NCBI RefSeq assembly: GCF_009914755.1 | Contig: NC_060933.1 | Strand: one strand, 5' to 3' | Length of the DNA: 64,000 nucleotides | From: the human T2T-CHM13v2.0 reference genome, Homo sapiens | Shown: positions 1 to 13,125 of the stretch, piece after piece | Numbering within the stretch: the first letter of the stretch is position 1 | How the letters are laid out: every line of letters starts with the position of its first letter | Made by a program: the position numbers and the translations under genes | Notes under the pieces: model-generated | The model's input: the letters and a program-made list of their open reading frames with translations, nothing else | The model's database searches: none | What the model was told of the DNA's origin: nothing

Positions 1-310
1 TGCCCTTAAGCGTGACTGTACTGTGTGTGTCGCGAGTACCTGAGTGTTTCTGGGGCGGCAGGTGTTTCCACGGCCGCGTGGATCCATCGAGTGTGGGTTT
101 TGTCTCGGGAGTTGCCCGTGTGGGTCCGTTTGTGTCTGCGCGTCTCTCTGTGAGTGTTTGACACTGTTTGTTTCTCTCGGTGTGTAGGCGAGAGCCCACG
201 TAACCTCCCAGAATGAAGCAAGAGCTTCTCTACGTAGGCAGGATGTAGGAGGGAGAAGCTGAGGGGACACGAAGTTCTCTGGAGACCACCAGAGGCGGGG
301 AAGGGGCGAG
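1..310. promoter_or_regulatory. CpG-rich edge of a probable CpG-island promoter (island likely continues left of window)
   Basis: About 20 CpGs counted in the first 310 bp (e.g. CGCG, CGGCCGCG, GCGCG) versus CpG depletion elsewhere; the + strand is G/T-rich. Confidence 0.6.
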
Positions 311-611
311 GGTACAGGGACTAAGACATGAAAATAAAAAGCAAAATACTCTGCAATCAGCCTGAATGCAGGCTGGGGCTGCTAACATAGGGCCTCTTCC
401 TGAAGCAGAAAATAAAGCCCTCGTATGATAATTCCCACACAGCGCACATTTGGTATGTTTGTTTACTTTGCTTCCCTTCTGATTTAAACCAAATCAGCAA
501 TGCAGATCCCTAGTCCCCTGAAGATTAGGCAAGAATAGAAAGCATTAAGGCTACCAGATGGAGGGGCAGGAAGTCATAGGAAAAGGTGTTGGAATATGTA
601 AAAGAGCCAGA

Positions 612-885
612 TTCAGTAGAAGTGCAGGCTCCAGAGAGGTTGGAGTCCTGTAGCTGTCTGGTCTTGGTGAAATCACTTACCCCTTAAGCCTCAATTCCTT
701 GTCTGTTTAATAGAATAATAATATATCTACCCATCTAATAGGGTTGATGTGGAATTGTAATGAGTTAATATATGCAAAGGCACTTAGACTGCTCATGAGT
801 TAATGTATGCAAAGGCACTTAGACTGCTCCCTGACACCTAGTGAGTGCTCAGTGCATGTTGTCTGCTTTTATGATTGCCATTGTA
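612..885 (+). mobile_element. MIR SINE containing a 35-bp tandem duplication (760-829)
   Basis: MIR core 'tcacttaccccttaagcctcaattccttgtctgtttaatag' and 3' 'gtgagtgctcagtgcatgtt'. Confidence 0.75.
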
Positions 886-1211
886 TGTTTTTTGTTTGTT
901 TTTTAATTCAAAGGATGATAAGAGAGAGATGTGACCACCAGGGAGGCCTAGAACAATCTAGGAGCCAGTGAACTAATTGGAGGAAGAGGAGTCTTGAAAC
1001 AAAATGGAAGAGAAATGTTTGAGTGATGAACTGGGAACTCGGGAAAAATTATTTAATCGACAAAGAGAAAGGGAGAAAGAGAGGAGAAGACATCGAGCTA
1101 GCCAGAATGATCCTGGGTCTCAGAAGGTCAGGACTGAGGGGAGAGGAAAGGGAGAGGAGGAGCAGCCAGTGCAGAGCTTCTCAGCCTTCACTGGAATCCC
1201 AATGAGGAGGA

Positions 1212-1232
1212 GTCAGCACCACGGACAGCTCT
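1212..1232 (+). promoter_or_regulatory. RE1/NRSE silencer element (REST/NRSF binding site)
   Basis: GTCAGCACCACGGACAGCTCT versus canonical TTCAGCACCACGGACAGCGCC; both half-sites and the 2-bp spacer are exact. Confidence 0.9.
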
Positions 1233-1879
1233 CCAGCCACAAACCCAGTCAGCGATTTCTATTTTCGCCTGGTGGAAATTTCTCCCTTTTTTCTTGGGCA
1301 ACTTTCTCTTTCCCTTGGCTTCTGGTCCAGGTTCAGGTCTTGAACACAGGTTCCCCAGGTCAGTTCTGACTTTGATTCTGACCACGAAGAAATACGCCCA
1401 CCACACACACTCCTTCTCCCACCCACCGCGGTATGAAACCCCAGGTCACTATCTCTTGCCTCTCCTCCTTTCTTTCTTTTCTCTCTCTCTCTTTCTGTCT
1501 GTGCCCCATTCCTTCCTTTATTCGTCCCTATCTTTCTCTTTGTTTCCCCATCATCCCCCAGCTGAGATCTACTTCCATGACTGTTAGTAGGCAACAGCTG
1601 CCCTGCTGATAATGCAGTTCTGAAATCAATCTGAGACAACGTAGTCAGGCAACTTCAGGTGAAGACCAAAGTTCTGACTGATTCTTCTTAACCCTTTCCT
1701 TGTAATCAATCTCCCAAGATGGGTTGTGGTCTACATACCTTAGAAAGTGGGGACTTAATGCTTTGGAATACTGTCCAGTCTTTCTCTTCCTCACCCCACC
1801 CAGTCAATATTTCCCTAAAGAAAAAAAGAGCTCTTCTAGTTCCAACCAATACTACACAGAGAGAAAGAGGAGAGAGAAT

Positions 1880-2115
1880 TTTGAACTTTTACCGTGCACC
1901 AAGCATTTTATTTGCAATGTTCTGAATATTATTGCTTACAGTTCTGAAAATACTTTGCAGTATGAATAGATAATACTATCCCATCTTTATGGCATAGGAA
2001 ATTGAGTCTTGAAAAACTTGAGTATATGCCAAACTAGCTATATGCCAAAATATAGCTAGTAGGTGATGGAGTCAGGAATTCAACACCCAAGTCCAAGTCC
2101 AAAATCTTTATCCTC
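1880..2115 (-). mobile_element. MIR SINE
   Basis: 'actatcccatctttatggcataggaaattgag...gagtcaggaattcaacacccaagtc' resembles the antisense MIR core. Confidence 0.6.
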
Positions 2116-3782
2116 TGGGAATAATGGGGAAGCCCTGGGGTGATTGGAAGTTCTTGGAATTTTATGGGGTCACTGCACCCAACCCTAAATATCAACTTAG
2201 ATGTCTGGATCCATTGCATTATCTGTGTCCCATCCCAATGGATGATTTAGTGTATCTTGTCCCTGGAGAAGGAGGTGAAGACTTTGCATGGACAGATTTA
2301 AGGCTCACTCGAGCCTTATGGTTTCTGAGTTTTGAATAAAATGCCAACCTTTCCAGGTCTTAGTTCATTTGCATTTGGCTCAGTTTAGCTTTCCTGTTTC
2401 TATGAAGAAAGGCTAAGAGGGCCATTTTAAAATGTCTCCGAAGACACCTTGGTCATCAGAAAAGTTCTCAGTGCAAAGCATTTCTAATGACTTATGGAGA
2501 ATGCAATCAAAACCATATGGATAACATTTTTGCAGAAATACACACGGGTGGGAAAAGGTTTAGAGGCCAAAAATATATTTCTTTTTTTCTTCTTTGCCAA
2601 AGAAAGAACATTTAAGGCAGCTTGAGATATGTGAGAAATGTCTTGTTCTTTCTTTGGGGTGGGTGTTGGTGAGCAGCTGTTTGCTATTTCCACCGAATTT
2701 ACTAAGGGCTTCCATGGGGAGGAGCTGCCAACAGATTAGGATAGACTTAAGAAAGAACTTCCTGTCTGTAGATTTTGGGGTGACACTAAAATAGGACCTT
2801 TTGTACAATGGCATTTAATAAGAAAATGGAATGTTTCACAGCATTTCATTCATAGTATGATAGATTTGAAAATCAATGGATAATATTTTTAATATCACAG
2901 ACTGTTTTAAGAACCTCACTATTGCTATAGACCCTCTCTGTTGTGGAAAATGTACTATAAAAAATCTCACACAATTTTACATGGAGTTTCACTAAATTTG
3001 TCTTTGCCAATCTCATTTGTGAATATCTATCCCTGGACCCCAGCTTTAGGACTCTAGAATAGGTGGCTTTTCTGGCCTGTAATCTGACCTTAGATTTTAT
3101 AGGTTGCTTTACTTAGACTTAAGCTTAAGAAATTGCAAAGGGAAATCCAGTGAATAAATTAATAAACAGGTAAGCATCATTTTTTTCTAGAAATAGACAA
3201 GAAATATAGATAAATGTTCAGTGATGAAATGGAGGTTTCACTTACCCCTCCTTAAATAAAGATAAGATTTTGTCCTGTTTGTGCAGGACTCTCAGCCACC
3301 TGCCACTGTCTCAAAAGCTTAAGTTCACTACTCCTGTCAAATCTCAAAGGAGTTAAAATCCCTTAATCTGGGGTGCTTTGGGTTCAGAATAGGCTGAACA
3401 ACTGCTGAAAGAAGCCTGTATTTCTTAAGCGCCTACTGACTGTGAGGTAGTATGAAAGATTCCGAGATAAATATCTTGCCTGGTCTCTGTCTTCTAGGAG
3501 TCTGAAATCCATTGCAGAGCCATACTCATGCCTAAATAATCAGAATACACCATAGAATGTAGCAGGCATGCTCAGGGTCTATAGGAAATATTGAAAAGCT
3601 AAAAGGAGGAAAATTTTGCCTCAATGTTAGGTATAACATTTTACACCTATAAACAGCTATTTTTCTTTAGTTTTAAAAACAGTTGAATTCATAATAACTG
3701 ATATTTATTGAGTGATTAATATGTGTGAGCAACATTTAAGCCTTCCATGTCTCTCAACTAGGCTATTATGAGCCTCTTTTCA

Positions 3783-4118
<336 letters not shown>

Positions 4119-4134
4119 CTTCTATGCCTCTTAG

Positions 4135-4245
4135 TCTCTCTCTCTCTCTCTCAATGTCTCTCTCTCTCCTTTTCTCACTCTGTCTCTCCCTCTCCCTATC
4201 TCTCTCCCCGCTTTCCTCCCTCCCTCTCTTTCTTTTCTCCTTCCC
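4135..4245. repeat. (CT)n-rich polypyrimidine low-complexity tract
   Basis: Direct inspection; it follows the Alu tail. Confidence 0.85.
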
Positions 4246-4329
4246 AGCCCATACCAACTCTGTTTGGGCAATGTGCTTAGAACACAACTCTCATCCATCA
4301 TTCTACTTATCTAAAACCTGGTAGACTTT

Positions 4330-5050
4330 TAACTGTATACCAAAGTCAGAACCATTTTACTCAGAATTTAATGCCCTCCATCATTTGGTCCTGGTGTTTT
4401 TGTGGGTTTTTTTGTTTTTTTTGTTTTTTTGTTTTACAAATTTATTTATACCTAGTTATCACCCTGTACCTTCTATGCTAGCAAAAATGAACCGCTCACT
4501 GCTTCTTCATTCCCAGCTTCCTTTTCTCTGTGCATGCTGGTCCCTTTATTCCCAGGTCTTTTTCTCCCTAGCAGCCCATCATTTCTGCATGACCAAATCT
4601 TACCCTTCCTTAAACATTTAGTTCATGTGCTTTATCCGTGACCACTTCAGTTAGGATAAAGCACATTTTTACATGAAGTGTACAAAGCTGTGCATGATCT
4701 GGCCTTAACCTTCCCTCTAATATCATGTCCCCTCTCTCTACTCCAGTCACACTGGCTGTCTTCCAATCACTAGAGTTTACCAAGTTCCTTTCTGCCTCTA
4801 GGCTTTGTGCTTGCTTTCCACTCCTAGCCAAGTCCTACTTACCCTTTGAGTATCTGTGTAAATGTCACTTCCCTGACCCCCAGAACAAGGCTCTCATTTC
4901 TCTCACAACCCTGAATGTCCCTGTCACAACATGTATCATCACTGTAATTCAACAATTATCAGTGACATTATTTGTTTTATATATGTTACCCCAGCTAGAA
5001 CTAAAACTCAAAGGCATAAAAGATATTTTCATGGTGAGAGCTTGGTACAT
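4330..5050 (+). mobile_element. L2 LINE 3' fragments (degenerate)
   Basis: L2-like 'ctccagtcacactggctgtcttcc...tctgcctctaggctttgtgcttgct...aatgtcacttcc'. Confidence 0.55.
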
Positions 5051-5059
5051 GAAGACACA

Positions 5060-5290
5060 GTGTATTTGTGTGAACTATGCCCTATGTCCCAGGAACTGCT
5101 CTATGTACTTCACAAATGTTAATTCATCTAATCCTTTTAACACCCCTATGATGTCATTATTGTCATTATGATTATTACCTCCATATTCAGATGAAGAAAG
5201 TTGAGGCACAGAGAGGCTGAACAAATTGCCCACTATCATATGTCAGAACCAAAATTCGAACTGAGGCCACCCTGCTATAGAAGCCAAACA
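5060..5290 (-). mobile_element. MIR SINE
   Basis: 'ctccatattcagatgaagaaagttgaggcacagagaggctgaacaaattgccc'. Confidence 0.75.
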
Positions 5291-6299
5291 TGGCCGCTAA
5301 GCTACCTAGCCCTTTACATGGGAAAAGCCCAATACAAATGTATTCAATAAACAGAAGTTTTTTCTCAAGCCTTCAGTCTTTAAGTTATCCATTCTCCTCT
5401 AACTCTGTGGCATTCTTCACTTTCTTTCATGACGATTATTTGCATATGTGAACCTTGCTCTTGGTATTCCCAGCTATCGGCTCTGGTTCTTCAGCAAACA
5501 TACCGAATCTCTGGAGGCATGCTTCTACCTACTAACTCCTTGACCAGGATTTGGACCCTTCTTAGTCTCCCATCAGGCTCTCCCAGCTGTGAACATGGAT
5601 GTGTTTGGACACGAGAGTGTGCAAAATGATTTTGTTAGACATGCCCAGCTTTCTCTCTCTCTCCTCCCTCTCCTTTCCATGTTGCTAAAGTTCTAGCTTC
5701 GTTAAGCCTGCGCTTGCCCAGGGCTTTGCCCTGGTGACATACAACTTCCAAAAAAAGGTTTTAGGAAAGGTGTTGAAAAAATATTATCCTGTTTGCCGAA
5801 GCTCAAGGAACATCCCTATTGCAAATTCGTTCAATATTCTACTTGAATTAATAATTCAGTATATGCAAGTTCTCTTGAAATCTCAGATAGTATCTTCCTT
5901 GTTTTGCTCTGACTTTTTGGTTTTTGTTTTGTTTTGTCTTGTTTTTTTAGCAATCTCACTTTTTGTGATGATGGAAAGATGAGGTAGGCACACCAGGTAG
6001 CCCCTTTATAGAGGTGACATAGAGGCTTGGGGACAAAGAATGGCTCATAGAAGGATAACCCTTTGTAATGATGGACCCACAGCTTGAACCAGGTATTCAA
6101 ACTCATCAAGGCTGGTGTACTGCTTCTCTCTTTATTTCTGTGTTAAACACTGCTTTAGGTGGCTTAATGATCAATCTATTCCACTTCAACTCATTCCCTC
6201 CTAACTCCTCTTTCTAACAGGCAGCTCCTATCATTTCTCTCAAGCTCTGCCACACTCCACGAGGGGGAGCCCTACTTAGGTTATTTTTAGCACGTGCCT

Positions 6300-6800
6300 C
6301 CTCATGTCCATTTCCCTCTTCTGCTGTCAGTACCTTTATTTTCCTTTAGGAAACCACCCTTCTAAGTTTCTCACTTCATTTTGTTCTAGAGGTGCTGCTC
6401 CTATCCCCTGGCTCTAGGGCACATGACCAAGGTTGGCCAGTCAGGGTGTTCTATCCCACTGGTCACCGTGATTGGTATAGGCATGGAGATTGATACCCAC
6501 TGGTCCCAGAGAGTCAAATCCAGAATATTTGCTGGACCCATTATTAAAAAGTACTCCTAAAATCAAAATAGTGATAATGGGCATATTTAGCTGGTAGGAT
6601 TCAAACCTGGAGTTCTGAAAATGACCTTTGCCACTGCAATGAAGAAGTCCGACTGGGAAGGAAGGAAACATGGAATGGATCCAGAGGTTTCTGAAGTCTT
6701 CAACACATACTTAACTCTACAAACCAATCGCTTTCCTTTCTATTTTAAACAATTTGGTTTGGGTTTCTGTCACTTGCCACCAAATGTATCTTAAAGCATT
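6300..6800 (+). mobile_element. Old MaLR LTR (MLT1K-like)
   Basis: 'gggcacatgaccaaggttggccagtcag' and 3' end 'tttgggtttctgtcacttgc' typical of MLT1J/K/L. Confidence 0.55.
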
Positions 6801-6983
6801 ATAAATCAGAGTGACAGAGTTTTAGATACAGAACTTTGAAACATTTGATTCAGAGAGACCAAAAGTAGAGAAATGAAATTGGAGCCAAGTGAATTTCTAT
6901 TAATTCAATTCTACCTCTAGTAAGCCCTGTGCCCTACACAAGTCAAGTCTGTTTGTCCCTCTGGGCCATGTATTCTTAACCTA

Positions 6984-7566
6984 TGTGGTAGGCAGAATTC
7001 TGATATGACACCTAATGCCCCCTGGCCATGTAGAATTCCTTCTACTTTGAGTGTGGGTAGAACTTGTGTATATAATAAGATATCACTCTTGTGATTACAT
7101 TATATTATATGACAAAAGGGGGATTATTATCTTGGGTGGGGCAGCTAAACCATGTTAGCTTTGAAAAACACGTTTTCACTGGCTATAAAAAAGGAAGTCT
7201 GAGAGATGTGCTCCAGCTAGCCTAAAAGGAAGCAAACACCCAGATTGTGAACTGCCTATGGAGGATATGTAGCAAGGATCCATGAGTGGCTTCTAGATGC
7301 TGACAGGTGTCCCTGCTGACAGCTAGCAGGAATGACCACAAGAAAGGAAATTCTGCCAACAGCCAATGAACTTAGAAGAGAACACCAAGCCCAAATGACA
7401 ACCACAGCCCTAGATGACCCGTTAATTTCAGTCTGATGAGATCCTGAGTGAAGTATCCAGTCACTCTGCTTCTGGACATCTACAGAAGCAGTGAGACAAT
7501 AAATATGTATATTTTAAGCTATTACATGTGTGGGAATGTGTTGCATAGCAATAGAAAATTAATATA
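6984..7566 (+). mobile_element. MaLR solo LTR (MLT1E-like)
   Basis: Starts TGTGGTAGGCAGAATTCT, ends 'gcaatagaaaattaatata'; internal AATAAA; interrupts a MIR fragment. Confidence 0.8.
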
Positions 7567-8895
7567 CTCTATAAATATAGTTTTATCAAAATGTCTCCGT
7601 AGTCTTCCCTTTCAATTCCACTATCACTTTCTTAGGTGGCAATAACTTCTGGTGCTAAACTATCTGGGGATTCCCATAATACATCCCAATCCCTGATAAT
7701 CCATCTCATGTCTATTCATAAACACCTTCCAAGCTAGAGAGGGAAAAAAACACCCTCCCACCCGACTTGCAAAGCTATTCCATCCAGCAACTTATTTTCT
7801 ATATAAAGTCTTATCCTGTTGATGCAGTACATTCCATCTGGATAAACATAATTATTGAGGGTGGGGATGTGAAAATGAGTTTCCTTTGCCCCCACAGCTT
7901 GCTCCCAGTAAAATGGTCTTCTGATCCAGCGACATCATTTTTTGAAGTGTGAATATACACTAATTATTTTCAAGTCAGTGAGCTTAGTGGATGTGAAAAA
8001 TAGACTTTGGAGTCAAATAAGTTTGAGCCCAAACCTGTCATCACACATTTTGGGAAGAAACACAGTAAGCCTTACCAGGAACCTCACATGCACCATTCTC
8101 AGTGTCCGAGTCTCAGTGTCCTTATTTTGCAAATGAGGATCCAACAGTTTACCCAGAACTTATGTTTTGAGCATCTTCTCTGAACCAAATATCTAGTCTA
8201 ATGGCAATGAATAGGTTACTCTCTTTTGGAGCATATAATCTCATTAGGAAGTAATATTTACACTAATAAGGTTGTGGTAATGATTAAATGAGATAAGCAT
8301 TTAGCATGGAGCCTGACAGCCTCATTCAGTGGGAGCCATGCTTGGAGGGGTTATGGCACCCAAAAGGAGCTATATGATTATTAATAACAGTATTTATTGA
8401 GTACTTACATCAGGTCAGGCATTTTTCAAAATTCTTTTCTGTGTATTAACTCATATAATCACCACAAAACATCCCAAGAGGTAGATGTGATTATCATCCC
8501 CAATGAGAAAAGAACTGATAAGTATCAGACTGAGATATAAATACAGATCACTGGGCTCACAGGTCAATGCACTTTACTATGATTTCTTACTAATTCTCAT
8601 TAGATGCCTTTAAAGTAAAAGGGATGACACAGGGTAGATAGTTTTTGTTTGTTTGTTTTTTGAATGTGAAAGTTTCCCAATACCCCAAATGCATATGCCA
8701 CTTCCATACCGTGAATACCCCACACACAACAAATTCTAACCAAGTCACTGCTATTGATCAAGGGTTACATAAAACGACATTAGTAGTAGCGCTTTTGGTT
8801 TTCATTGTTTTTATTTGCATTTTTCATGCTTATAATGTTCCAGAAAGCTTGCAAAATGCTTCACAAATAGTATTTAGTTTAATAAATTAAACTGA

Positions 8896-8955
8896 ACTCC
8901 AACTTGGGTAACAGAGCAAGACTGTATCAAAACAAAAACAAAACAAAACAAAAAA
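8896..8955 (+). mobile_element. Very short Alu 3'-end fragment with (CAAAA)n tail
   Basis: 'actccaacttgggtaacagagcaagactgtatcaaaacaaaaac' corresponds to the last ~35 nt of Alu plus tail. Confidence 0.75.
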
Positions 8956-8961
8956 GCACAG

Positions 8962-9401
<440 letters not shown>

Positions 9402-10266
9402 CTATGTAACACAGAGACTGCAGTCTCTTCTACTTGAGTGCTAAGTGACACTACACTGGCATATAAACACATTTTCTTTACAGGTTCATTTTCAGGTTCA
9501 CTATTTTGAGGAGGTATGGTTGGGATGTTATTTTATAACAAATATATTTTTTATCATTGTTTTAATTTACTTCTATTATAATTAGCTTGAATTTAGCTGG
9601 TTAGTCTTTGTTTCAAACTATCACATATTCGTCAGTTTTCAATATCTCTTGATTTCTCCTTAGTACTACCTCTTGTCCACCTCTTGCCTGGGCCATTACT
9701 AATCCATCATGGAACTCTCCCTTGCAAAATCCAAAACAAAATCCTCAAGCAAAACTACCAATCAATTGGATAAGGCAAAGGAGATGAAACCTAAGTTTCA
9801 GTCCCACATGTTCTCTACCTGAGATGGTTGAAGGCCTTTTGTAGATTTTAGAGATAAAAGCATGTCTGTCCAATGGCAAGATGAAATAGAAAGAATTATC
9901 TAAATTCGGAATTAAGAATATCTTTACCTTTCTATGTTGAAGGTCAAGTGCTGCATATCCTGTATCATTATCTGTGTTTTATTACAGACGTCAGCAAAGA
10001 AAATTATGTACAGAGCCTGAGTCCCTGCTGCTGCTTGTGTGAAATACATTTATGCAATTCAGACATTGTAGACATCAAATCCTCTTTTGTTAATATGTGG
10101 TCACTGAAAGCTTTACTAGGGAGAGGTATACCAAGGATGTGTGTTTGATTTAACAATGAGAGGGTAAACAAAGCCATGGTTAATGAATTTAATCATTGTT
10201 CTTCTGTGCTAGGACATTTGTTTGTATTAGATCTTGCTGATAATGACACTATTAAATAATCAGACC

Positions 10267-10570
<304 letters not shown>

Positions 10571-10699
10571 AAATAATCAGACCGTGATACAACCAAGCTG
10601 CATACTTTTCCATGCTAATAATCTTGCAGGATCACTACACACCCCAGGGGGCTACAGCAACTTCAGACAGATTTTGAGAGGGAGTAATCAAACTTGCTA

Positions 10700-11190
10700 T
10701 ATCAATTAGCACTCTCTTGCCTGTAAATGACAGAAAATTCATATGAAACTGAATGAAGCAAAAAAAGAAAAAAAAAGCATTTCTTGGTTGATGTAACTGA
10801 AAAGTCAAAAGGTAAAACATTCTTCAGGTTTGTCTCCATGTCACAAGGACACATCCTGCCTCTCTCGGCTCTTTCTTTCTCTGGGTTGGCTTGGTCCTCA
10901 GGCTGACTTTCTCCATGCACAGCTCAAATGCCAATCTTAACTGTTCCCAACAGTCCCAAACAAAATCTCAAGATTGTATCCTACTGGCTGCGATAATGTT
11001 GTGTTCCCATCACTGATTGCCCATCATGTTCCTCTCACACTTCGAATCCAGGGAATATCTCAACATTATCTCAACCAGAATAACTAAGAAAAAAAATGAC
11101 TCTTCTGAAAAAAGTGGGGTACTATTACCAGAAATATGGAAAAGAGATAAGTGCTATACATGTCTATGTAAATGTCACACAACAAATGTC
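10700..11190 (-). mobile_element. Old MaLR LTR (MLT1K-like)
   Basis: 'gtaaatgacagaaaattc...gtaactgaaaagtc...ctctgggttggcttggtcctcaggctg' resembles antisense MLT1J/K. Confidence 0.55.
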
Positions 11191-11945
11191 CACATTGCCA
11201 GCCTCTTTGACCCTAATCAAATCTTTCCATTAGTTGCTCCTAGGCAAAGATATAAACAAATAATTTGAAATTTTAAATATTCTCTTTTGAATGTTCACCT
11301 TAAAAATATCAGGTGAAGCTTGGGACAGTCACCTTCACCCTAGTTGGGTGACCCTCAGCAACATCTTAAACCAGTATCTTCATCTTCAACATGGAGATAA
11401 TATTTTTCTTACATCTTTTTCAAGGTTGTTTCAGAATCCCAGAACACTTTATCAGAAAGATTCTTAAATACTGCTGAACCTTACACATTTTACAATTCAA
11501 TGGTCACAGTTAATCTTGAAATGTTCTAATGATGTTATTAAACATTACCAAAGATAGTGCAAAATTGATTCTATTTTTTTAACTTTACATGTCTCAACTC
11601 AAAAGCATCACAAATAACAGGAGAAAGTGAATGTGATTAGGAAGGGAATGCTTAAAATGTTTTTTAACTACCTCTTTTCCTTGGATCAAGTAAACTACAG
11701 AGCATATTTCAGATATCTATCTTTGAAAATACCAATAAAACACTTAGCAGTAATCTGTATATGCCATTTTCCCACTCCTCGATCTAGAGATCAATTGGTT
11801 TTGTTAATGTATACAAGTGGCTATTTTTAATCAATACATCATGGATTCTATGAAATCAGTGTGTAAAAGAAAATAATCCAAAAATCCAATCCAAAGGCTT
11901 GTGTGTTCTCTTCATGGCTTTTTCCCCTATTCAACAGTGTGACTC

Positions 11946-12456
11946 CATGATGGTTAGTTTTATGCATCAATTTGACTGGGCTATGGGGTGTCCAGATATT
12001 TGCTCAAATATTACTCTGAGTATTTCTATAAGAGTATTTTTGACAAGATTACACTAAAATCATTAGACTGAATAAAATAGATTGTTGTCCCTAATATGGA
12101 TACCCTCACCCAATCAGTTGAATGCCAAAACAGAACTAAAAGGCTGACCCTTTCTCCCTGTGTTTTCTTAGTAGGAAAGAATTCTTCCTGCCTGACTGCT
12201 TTACAACTGAAACACTGGCTTCTTCCTGCCTTCAGACTTGAACTGTAACATTAGCTTTCCTAGTTCTCAGCCTTTAGACTCAGACTGAAGCTACATCTTC
12301 AGCCCAGTTTGTCAAATTATTCCCCAGAATCTTGGGACTTCTTAACTTCCATAATCACATGAGCCAATTCTTTATAATATCTATCTATCCATCTATCTAT
12401 CAATAATATCTCTAGCCATCCTGTTAGCTCTGTTTCTCTGGAGAACTCTCATACAG
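11946..12456 (+). mobile_element. ERVL solo LTR (MLT2B/MLT2D-like)
   Basis: 'tgatggttagttttatgcatcaatttgactgggcta...ctctgtttctctggagaactct..ataca'. Confidence 0.8.
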
Positions 12457-12919
12457 ACCTAAGAAAGCTATTTAATCTCTGTAGGCCTCTGTTTTGAGAA
12501 AATTTAGTGAAAGCATCTTGAAAGTACCTTTCATCTCTGACGACTGGTGTGTCCATGAGCTCTAGTGTGTACTCAGGACCTAATTGCAGCATAGCTACCT
12601 GCTCTATTACACCCACGAGGTATAGATTCAAGACCCAATCCAGCACCCACTCTGCTGCTCAAGTCTCAGCTAAAGCAACAAAATCTCAGCTGAAGTGTTG
12701 ATCTATCTGATGCACTGCACCTAAGAAGCACAATGATCCACTTTCTGTCCAGCCAGATTATCTCCCACCTTCTAAAAGCTGATGGGTAAAAGCAATCACA
12801 AAGCTCCTAAGAGTCTATAGAGATATTTGGGGTTGGTACATGAAATTAGCTATGTCATAACAAAACATTACAAAATAGTTCAGTGTGGTTAGAAGACCTT
12901 CATATTTATGAAATCTATA

Positions 12920-13125
12920 ACTAACAGCATAATCTTTGAAGCCAGATGAACTTGGATTTAAATCCCTCCTCTGCCATTAATTCAATTAATCTAGGCTATT
13001 TCACTTCTCCAAGTTGCATATGTAAAATCGGCCTCATATGTAAAACTGGCCCATAATACTTAGCTTAGAGAACTAACTGAGTAAGGATTAAAAATATTAT
13101 AGCTTGGCATAGCATCTGACACACT
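12920..13125 (+). mobile_element. MIR SINE with an 18-bp tandem duplication (13017-13052)
   Basis: 'ggatttaaatccctcctctgccatt'; duplicated unit catatgtaaaa(tc/ct)ggcc. Confidence 0.65.

Noticed and set aside
1004-1639. Cluster of 97-126-aa overlapping ORFs
   Set aside because: Low-complexity translations of purine/pyrimidine tracts, with no domain similarity or exon structure.
4725-5171. 148-aa ORF, the longest in the track
   Set aside because: It spans decayed L2 and MIR sequence; a chance ORF.
5718-5734. Inverted repeat CCAGGGC-TTT-GCCCTGG
   Set aside because: A 7-bp stem is expected by chance and does not extend into a miRNA-like hairpin.
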